Origin: the human T2T-CHM13v2.0 reference genome, Homo sapiens
Length of the DNA: 64,000 nucleotides
Direction: 5' to 3' (one strand)
Assembly: GCF_009914755.1 (NCBI RefSeq)
Contig: NC_060930.1
Below are positions 53,621-64,000 of the stretch, piece after piece; positions within the stretch are counted from its first letter, which is position 1; each line of letters opens with the position of its first letter. A program made the translations under genes and the position numbers. The notes under the pieces are model-generated. The model ran no database searches and was not told the origin of the DNA. It was given only the letters and a program-made list of their open reading frames with translations.

Positions 53621-56600
53621 TATTGGGGGACACACCTGTCAAAGAATACGGGGAGGGAGCCAGATAACCCTGGGAAAAGTGGCAGGCCCAGAGGCAAGGC
53701 TGACTCCAGTCCTGGACAAAAGGAAAGAAGGGTTGTTGGACGCATCCTAGACCACAGGCAATCTAAGGAGAGTTGAGCAAGGCCATGGAGGAGTCCTCCA
53801 GCCACAGATGGCCAACAGAGGAGTCTCCTGTTGCCCAGGAATGGTCTGTCTTAGTGTCCCTGCTGTTACGTGTCAGTGGCTGGGAACAGCCCATGGGAAG
53901 CAGGGCCTCTGCACCAATGCTGCTGAGAATGACAGAGCACGGGAGGGAGGCCTTGGGAAATTTCCTGGAAATGCGGCTCAAATCTTCCTCCTGAGGGGTC
54001 TGGGCCTTTGGAAATCAAACGCTGTCAGACTGGGTTGCTGGACGATTCTGTTCACATTTACAATGGGACAAGGGAAACAAGGAAGTCCCCAAGTGAATCT
54101 CTGGGTTCCACACAAACTCCTCCTGCCCTTACCGTGTATCAGCAGCCCTGCCTCGTCCTGGGGATGAGGGTCCATCACTCCTGCCTGGAGAGGAGGGGAG
54201 TGCTCTTCTTCCCTGCTTGTCTCTAGGCCCATACTGTCCTGCGGGCAACTGTAATGTGTAGCTCAATGGGCTCTTGTTTGTCCCCTTGTCTGAGTGCCTC
54301 CCTGTGGAAAACCAGGACCTCCTATACTACAAAGCCCAGATTTGGGATATGAGAAGTCCAAGTTCCACAGTGGGTGAATATAAGGGATGGGACATGCAGC
54401 CACACTCTCTTCCATCCCTTGGTTTCTGGACCCAAGTTTCTTCCTACTGAGAATACAGCACCGTAGTGATGTCTCTGATTCAATAAATGCACCGTGCCCT
54501 GAAAGATGGCACCCATTCCTCAGTGTTTCCTCCAAGCTGGTTCTGAGTTGTGCCTGTTGAAGGCCTGTCCAATGTTCTGTGTGGCCGGCAGCCCCCGCAG
54601 GGTGCAGATGGTGATAGGATCAGTGGATCCCCTGGTCATGGTCCATGCTGCACCCACTTCCATTTCCCTGTGAGGTGGGTCCCCCAGGAAGAGGCTGTGC
54701 TGAGAGTAATTCCAAACCTGTGGATCAGGAATGTCAGTGGTGCTGGCTGAGAGTCTGAGAATAGTGGGGGAAAAAGCCTACCCATGGAGGAAGTTTCTGT
54801 CCCAGTGAGGATGAATCTCTGGCCCTTCCATGATGAGGCTTAATGTGGTCAATGTGTCATTTAGTGGCACTTTGATCACCTAAAGAAATAGTGCCTAAGC
54901 AGGGCACATCAGGGCCTATCACGGGTGTCTAATCCTGACAAGTTGGATATTCAGAGGTGGCAGCAGCTAGTTCGGCCTTGGTAGGTGGGAGTCTCACCTT
55001 TTGGAGGCTACCTATGGGTCCAGCAGCACTGACTCCCACCGACCAAGGCCACTGAGTGACCTGGAAGGATGGGCACATGAAGGGAGCTATTGTGATTCCT
55101 GCATGCATGTTCCCACCCTGCAAGGCCTGAGATGGCCCCCAGTGAAGGCTGGCTAACTTCCATTTGTCTGCTTGGTTGTTCAGTGCCACCTCAGGGGCAG
55201 GTATTTTCTGGGCAGATGGGGTGTTAACTTGGGGTTTGGGCTCATTCCACATGGACCATTTCCATCTCATGATGGACACTGTTGGGCCTGTCCAATCTAT
55301 AACTCTGTAGGTCACACAGAAGCCAATTCATACAACCACTTGGAATTACGTGGTTCTCAGTGTCCTGTGGTCAAGAATTCTATCTGATCAGGGCCAGCAA
55401 CACTAAAAGTTGCTTCGAGAAGGGGGCATATATTTCTGCTGTGGATGACATGAACTTACTCCAGAATCCCAGGCCCTCCATTGTGACTTTCCCCACTGAT
55501 GCTCAGTTCACTCCATCCTGCATCTTTCCCCAGCCCTGCCACCTCCAGCACCAGGGGGTCTGAGGGATGGTGGCTGCCTGCACCACAGCCTGGATCTGCT
55601 GCAGAGTCCTTTCCTGTGTAGGCTCCACTTGAATCTGGCATCCTCCTATGTCACCCAAAATGTGGCCAAAATGATATACCTAGATGTGGAATGTGGTGTT
55701 GTCAGAACCCAAAGAGATTCACCAGGCAGTCCGCTTCTCTCTCTTTTTTTTTTTTTTCTCACTGAAGATGAAAGATGCAACGGGTTTTTTTTTCTGTTTT
55801 CTTTTGTTTTTACTTGGAAGAAATATCTCTGCATGCACCTAGCCACTGGACCCATAAAATTTCACTGCAGTTGCCACTCCTAAATTTCTGTAAGATTTAT
55901 CCTCCTCTTTCTGGGGTGCATGTGTTTTACCAAGACCTCCAGCATACTTTCCACCTTCTTTCTCATCCATCCCAATCTATGATGTTGCCAATGAAATGAA
56001 CAGATTTAATATTCTGTAGAATGTCCGGCATCTCTTAAGACTATGTTACAGATGACAGAAGAGTTATAATAGCTCTCAGGGAAAGTGTAAATAAATGTGG
56101 TATGAATGTGAATAACTCCATATCCACTTTCTAGCTGGAAAGGAATGCACTCAGCAAATCCTCGGCTGCACACCATTGGCCTGCAGCCTCATTAACTTCT
56201 GCTAGCAGTGATATCCAGCCAGCATGGCAGCTGCAATCAAGACCACTACTTGGTCAAGTCTGAAGTAATCCTGTTCATTCTTTAGGTCCTATTGGGCTTC
56301 TGCAAGGACAGAATACACGGAGATAATAGGCAACTCCAGCACTATCCCACCTCCTACAGCTCTCTAATGGTGGTGCTACCCCCCACAATACCTGCAATAA
56401 CCTCCAAGACCTGCCCTGGGACGTAATATCGCTTCGGTTGGGATAGGGGCAGTTTCAGAGGTTTCCCTTTAGCCTTCAGCGCAATAAGAGCCATTAATCC
56501 ACAGGTTAGAGACGCGGTGTGGGGGTCACTCCAGCTGCCAGTGCATCAATGCCATTATGCACTCAAGGAATAGGGAACTAAACAGGGCTGGGACTACGGG

Positions 56601-57150
56601 ATTGTGAGCTATAATGTGTCCTGGCCTCTGGAAGCCCCTCTGTGATGGGACACGATGGTGCTGTAGGAATCTGGGCATCAATGTTAGTTCACACACAAAG
56701 TCAATACTCACCCAAATTCTGCCTATTTCCCTTTCCCGGTGTACAGTCTCCTGTGTAAATGGCTGTAGGTTCCTTTGCAGAAGAGTTCAGGGAATTGACC
56801 CAGCATATACTCCCAGGGTGTTCCAGGGTTCTTCCTCCTAGGGATATGGACTCCCCTCCTCTGTCATTGGGATCTGAATCTGAAAGTTAGGTGAGGTCTA
56901 GGCATTGAGAACAGATTATGACTTTGTCTTGGATCAAACACCCTCAGCCTCCTGCTCCTCAATTCTTGCTTTCTTTTCATAGATATCAAGCAGCGCCCTT
57001 GCTGGCTGTCCTTCTGTTCTGAACCTGGGACACTGCCCTCTGTTAACCTTCCCCACACTCCCTGCAGGTCAAGCACAACCTTGCCTGCTCTGTTGGGGTT
57101 GTCATGGTAACTGTGACCTCTGACTTTTGCAGATCACTGCCACCACTTGA
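53620..57150 (-). mobile_element. HERV16/ERVL remnant (P5/HCP5-family related)
   Basis: ORF 54929-55315 ALNNQADK..LPPTKAELAAATSEYPTCQ resembles ERVL RNaseH/integrase; position next to HLA-S fits MHC duplicon structure. Confidence 0.65.
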
Positions 57151-59584
57151 TCTAGCTGAAGTAGTTCTAGCTGGAAGAATAGAGAATTAAAAGAAATCTT
57201 TGTGAAGCCACCACTCAGGTTTGTCAATTTGTAACATTTTAATATTATTGGCTATATGTAGTATACATAGAAAATAATAGAAATATATGCAGATAGCCCT
57301 GATTTTCCACAGTTCTGTTATGTATGTGTTTCAGTCGATACTGTACTGAGTAAAGCAAGGACTGCCAGTGGGGAGTGGCGGATGTCTTGAATTTGGTGAA
57401 TGCCTTTATATTGTTACAAAGTTTTTAAAATCCCTTTGTTTTACATGATTTTAGACTTCGTATAAATTGTTTTTTGTTGAATGTATCATTCTGTGGCTTG
57501 CTTTATCATTTAATATGGTTTATGAGGTGAACCCACACCCATAGAAACAGTTACTTTGTTTTCAGTTCTGGATAGTATTCATGGGAGGAATATCCCACAA
57601 TTTATCTCTTCTGTCCGTGACCTTTAGCTTGTTTCTGTTACAGACACTGCCACAATGAACATCCTGGGTCATCTCTCTCTGGTCCCCTGTGTGAGCTCCC
57701 CAAGATATGGATGTAGGAATGGGATTACTGTGCTTTTACCATGTGGTGTTATAGGATGTCAAATTGTTCTCTGAAGAGGTTGTATCAGCTCCCCCCTTTA
57801 AAATCTTCTTTGACATTTTACAGGTCAAGTTCTCTTCCTCCCCAACTGGCTGCTCCTCCTCAGTCCCCCTTCATTGGCTCCTTTTGCTGTAGATGCTGGA
57901 GCACTCTGGGGTGTTACTACCTTCCTAATCACTCCGGTGTCCTCCACTCTCAGGATTTTAAATATCATCTAGACACAGATGGCTCCCAAATATATATCTC
58001 TACATATTTCTATAATCAAAAAAATAATGGTACCAAAACAGGTACTCTGATATACTGCAGATGGGCCTGCAAACTGGAAATGTTTTCAGGAAAGGCAGTA
58101 TGGCTATTTCTGTCCAAATTAAAAATGCATACACCCAGTAGTCCCACTTCTAGAAATGTGTCCAAAACACACCTGCATTCCTGAAAAATGACTGTATTCA
58201 GAATTATATGTTGCAACCCTGTTTGTAAAAGCAAAAAGAAAAGAAGAAAGAAAATGACAGATAAAAGAAAAAATAATCCAAATGTCTGTCACTAGGGGAC
58301 TGGTTAAAAAAGCATTGCAAGCTGGGCACAGTAGCATTCACCTGTGAATACACTCTACTCCACTCTGGGTAACATAAGGAGGCCTCCCTTCTTAAGAAAA
58401 CCCAAACAAGCACTGCATAGCTACACGGCAGAGTCTACAAACATTTAACACAAAAGAAGAAAGACATAGAAAACTCTTGATATTCCCTCATGAAGAAATA
58501 AAGCAAGGTGTAGAATAACATATAGAGTCTGCTAAAATTTGTGTGAAAAGGGACAAAGGATATATATGTACACATTTATATTTGCTTGCATATGCATAAA
58601 ATATATTTGGAAGAATAAGCAAGAAGTTAATATCCTTGGTTGCCTGTTGGGGATGAGACAGGGTAAGAGAGAGACATTTTACCTTTTGAATATTTTGAAT
58701 TTTGAATTTTGAACTATATCAAGAAATAAAAGACAATTCCTAAGGAGACCAAACAAACCCCCAAAAAATTCAAAATGAAAAACTTTTTAAAAACTAATGG
58801 AATTTTTTAACCTTTATCGAAATAAAATTTAAAAATTTTCTAAATATTATGTTATTCCTTTAACAAGGAGGTTTACCGCCATTTTAATTCAGTACGTTGT
58901 TTTCTTTTTAATTGCATGATCTTTCTTTACATCTGTCTTTTTTCCATTACAAGGTAAAATAACAGCATGATTAATTAAATGCAGTTTGTTTGGTGAAGGA
59001 AATTTTGTTCAAATCTTGGTCTAAGTGGGAAAGGGATTCTAGGGGATCCAGTGCAGCAGTTATGGGCTTCAGTATGCTCACGACGCCCTCCAGTGTTTGT
59101 GTGGGCTCATGGATGCCATATCTAGAAAACACTGGAATTCTCAAGCACACGTGACTGAAGCCATTTGCCAAATGTTCAAGGTCCTATTAATGGCCCATCT
59201 GAGTACTTGTCATACGCGGTCACCCTATCTTTGGATCAGAAGGTACACTCAGAGCTCCTAGTGTCACATCCCAGGCCCAACCTGCTGAGATTAGTCGAGG
59301 AAGGTCTGGAGGTCAGTGTCGTGAGGGGTGGGAAGACTGAGGGTGTGGGGGCCAGTTGTGGAGTGGCGGGAGCCCCAGGTGCTGTATGAAGCCGAGCCTC
59401 TGGATCACCCTGTGACCCCACATTTGGTCCCTTCCTGGGTGTCTTCCATTCCCAGGACTCCCAGGAAATAAAATGCTGCAAGATTGGGGTGGGGAGCTGT
59501 CCAGGGTGGGTCAGGTGTGGTCTCACTGATCCTACACCTCTGCCTCCCAGCCCACTCCCAGCCCTCTTCTGATATTAGAAACCA

Positions 59585-59730
59585 ACACAGATTGCCTTAG
59601 GGTGGTGGTTCTCAAAGTGTGGTCCTGGGGGAAGCAGCATTGGCATCACCTGGGAACTTAGATATGCAATCTTCAGGGCCTGGCCTGGACCTACTGTATC
59701 AGAAACTCTGCATTTAACAAGCCCCCAGCA
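59585..59730. mobile_element. MER5A-like DNA transposon
   Basis: GTGGTTCTCAAAGTGTGGTCC..GCATCACCTGGGAACTT. Confidence 0.75.
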
Positions 59731-59748
59731 GAATTCTGCTTTTCAAAT

Positions 59749-59752
<4 letters not shown>

Positions 59753-59810
<58 letters not shown>

Positions 59811-59816
59811 TCTCTG

Positions 59817-59869
<53 letters not shown>
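59753..59869 (+). repeat. Compound (TC)n microsatellite with periodic TG interruptions
   Basis: Read directly. Confidence 0.97.
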
Positions 59870-60184
59870 GTTTCAAGTCTCAATATTGAGTAGCTGTGAC
59901 TTCTGGATAGTCAGGTGTCAGACACCCTTTCTTGCCAGGAGGCACCAGGCTCCTCAATCAGCTTAGTCTCATTCTTGGCCTGGCCCAGGGAAAGATGTTC
60001 ACTTCCTGGATTCTGAGCAAAGCTCTCCTACCCTGGGTGCCTGTGGGGCTCCCACTTACACCACAAAACAAAGCTCAAATAATATTATTTTCTTTTATGA
60101 GATTTTTGGTATTCCTTCATTAGTCAGAGCTGAAGATCTACATATATGTCTACCAAGCAAGTGTGCATGTCCCACTAGCCAGTT

Positions 60185-60753
60185 TGTTAGTCTTGCCAAT
60201 GCACCACAACGTAGCAGCCTCTCAGTCTCTCCTTGTGAGGTGTTACCTGGAGTTCTTTGTCTCACCACCAAGAGAATTAAGGAGCATGGATACAAAGGGT
60301 GAGGTTGGAGCAAAAGTTTAATAAGCAAAAGAAGAAAGCTCTCCCCCACGGAGAGGGGGCTTGGAAGATGGTTGCCATTTTTACAGCTGAATGCAAAGCC
60401 TTTTATAAGAAACTGATGAGGGCTGGGTGTCTCATTTGCATAAGGCACGAATTTCCGGTAGCTCCACCCCATCCTCCTAGTGCCCATGCAGGCCCTTAGC
60501 TTAAGTTACTCCATATTGCTTTGTTTCCCTGACTGCCCATGTATCGGGGGACAGAATTTTCCATAGCGGGCATGTCTGGGCAAGTCTCCTGTGCAGCCTT
60601 TCTTATTTGTGCAGCTGTGGGCATGTCTTAGGCAAGCCCCCCTGTGCAAGTTCCCTTCTTTGTGCCTGCAGGCCGTTCTTTTGTTTGAAATAATTCAACT
60701 GAGGACCCACCATAACTGCCCGCCTGACCAGTTTCTTCCTTTTTCCTCTCTCA
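60185..60753 (-). mobile_element. MER61-like ERV1 solo LTR
   Basis: Minus strand starts TGAGAGAGGAAAAAGGAAGAAACTGGTCAGGC; carries p53 consensus sites typical of MER61. Confidence 0.7.
60568..60653. promoter_or_regulatory. p53 response element cluster
   Basis: GGGCATGTCT-GGGCAAGTCT (60568-60587, no spacer) and GGGCATGTCT-T-AGGCAAGCCC (60619-60639); all four half-sites match RRRCWWGYYY. Confidence 0.8.
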
Positions 60754-61905
60754 ATTTGTGTTATGATTTCCTTACTGATCTCTGCCTGAGCAAGACTGGG
60801 CACGCCTTGAGGGCAAGGAGGGTTTATTTCCTCTTATCTCAGTCCCAGCTCCTCTTAAAACAATGCCCTGCACACAGTAGGTATTTGATAAATGTTTACC
60901 AAATGAAGGGATTGCCTGGAATGGCTTGGCAGACAGGAAAGCAGAATGAAAACCCACAGGCCAAAAGTGGCTGGGAAAAGATTTTCCAAATCCTAGTGAT
61001 GGGCACAGGGCCCCCTAAAGTTCACTTTTGGAACCTTCCCATCTGTCTTGTTCTCCTTTCATCAGGGACATCCATGCCCCTCAAAGCCCCCCTAGTCACA
61101 CACTACCTTTCAGGACCACCTTCCAGATCAGCCAGGTGCAAATCCCACAGACTTCCTGCCTGTGGCTCCAAATGCTCAGCTGAAATTCTGAGGCTAATTT
61201 CAGTGGAGTTAGAGGCTTATCCCTTAGGAGTGGCAATGGCTGGCTTTAAGATTCGAGAAGTAGTGTTTACATCTCAAAAGAGAAGACCGCTCCACCAGAA
61301 ATGCAGAATTTTGGTATGTGCGGGTCCGGGGTCTTCAGGAGATAAAGAATGATAGCTCCAGGAGCGCTGGGACCCCCGTGCAGCCACCAGTCACCACAGC
61401 CTAGGCAGGGGTTGGGCTCTCACCTCGGCCCCTCCCCTGCACGCCCTGGATGTGGATGGTCCCCGAGTGTGAACTCGCCTGGGCTCTGACCCTGGGTGCC
61501 CTTCCCGCCGTTGTGGAGCCTCTGCGGGTGTGGTGCATGCACAGGGGGCTTCACAGGAGACCCGGGGCCCTTTAGAGTCTGAAGGCCAACATTCTTGGAG
61601 AATCCATGTCAGGCATTCAGGCTCTCAGGGACTCAGATGCCCAAACTATGAAAATGAGAGAACCTATCCCACTCTCTCAGGTGTGGTGAGATTCATATTA
61701 TATGACAATCGGTCGTCTACACATTGATCACACTCTCAGTATTGCCTTTATCAGTCGGCCAATGCCTAAAACCCAAAGACGGGTCAGGCATGGTGGAGGA
61801 CGAGTTCCTTTCTTACCTTCTGAAGGTGCCATCAACAGGAATTTCTACCCTGTGGAGTCTAGAGGAGACTTTCCTTGAAGCTGAGTTGGGAATGGACATT
61901 TGGAC

Positions 61906-62207
61906 TTTTTTTTTTTTTTTTTTTTGAGACAGAGTTTTGCTCTTATCACCCAGGCTGGAGTGTAGTGGCACGATTTTGGCTCACTGCAAGCTCTGCGTCT
62001 CGAGTTCCAGCGATTCTCCTGCCTCAGTCTCCTGAGTAGCTGGAATTACAGACACCCACCACCACATCCAGCTAATTTTTTGTATTTTTAGTAGAGACAG
62101 GGTTTCGCTATGTTGGCCAGGCTGGTCTCGAACTCCTCACCTCGTGATCTGCCCGCCTCGGCCTCCCAAAGTGCAGGGATTACAGGCATGAGCCAATGCG
62201 CCTGGCC
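61906..62207 (-). mobile_element. AluS element
   Basis: Antisense Alu; TSD GACATTTGGACTT at 61895-61907 and 62209-62221. Confidence 0.95.
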
Positions 62208-62664
62208 AGACATTTGGACTTCTTTAAAATTTTATTTCAAATTTTTAAAACTTTCTAATAGGTATTTTATCTTCTTAGGAAGTAAAATCTCAAGTACAGA
62301 AAATATAAAAAGGTATAAAGAAGCAGAAGGATGGAAACTGCCAGTGTCTCCACTGGGAGGATCGGGATGAAACGTTGCCTGGCAGAGCCTCAGACTTCAG
62401 AGGGAAGGGGCCTGGAGCTGTGCTTTGCAGCTGCCCCTGAGTTTCCACTCCTGGTTTTTGTGCATGCGGGTGACTGTGCAGGATGACTTAGTGTCGTCAT
62501 GCTTATGAGTTATTTTGAATCTTGCTTTTCAAAACTTTATTATCAATACACAACTTTCTATCATATTACAAAATCTTCTTACACACAGCTTTCACCAGCT
62601 GTAGGCTGTTTCCAAACAGAGGACCTAGCCACTCTTCTTTTGCATGTTTTTTTCATTATTGTAA

Positions 62665-63055
<391 letters not shown>

Positions 63056-63117
63056 GCATGAACATTTTTAAGCCTTCTCATACATATTATCAAATTACTT
63101 CTCAAAAGCAGTGTACC

Positions 63118-64000
<883 letters not shown>

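Noticed and set aside
60591-61352. 253-aa plus-strand ORF
   Set aside because: Starts at GTG inside an LTR, crosses repeat boundaries and has no protein-like homology

Overview
Human (primate) MHC class I beta-block, not microbial DNA. The only intact protein-coding gene is HLA-B on the minus strand: 8 exons, CDS 27051->24365, 1089 nt / 362 aa, protein as I recall HLA-B*37:01 (Bw4-80T, -21T leader), with its class I promoter and the intron-4 mirtron MIR6891. To the left lie a decayed HERV-I/HERVIP10 provirus (LTR10B-like, tRNA-Pro PBS) inserted in an old L1 and a dense nest of LTRs, LINEs and Alus. To the right lie a full-length DHFR retrocopy (DHFRP2), a U6/L1 chimera containing a second anonymous polyadenylated insertion, an LTR13 solo LTR, FGFR3 and ZDHHC20 pseudogene fragments, the HLA-S 3' fragment, HERV16/ERVL remnants and a MER61-like LTR with perfect p53 elements, towards MICA (expected beyond the right edge). 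I see no convincing new biological system. The most interesting items are LTR-borne p53 sites, nested retrotransposition events, an in-frame stop-free HLA-B intron 1 and a locally templated duplication upstream of HLA-B. Gene, allele and repeat-subfamily names come from memory, not database searches; boundaries of old repeats are approximate.
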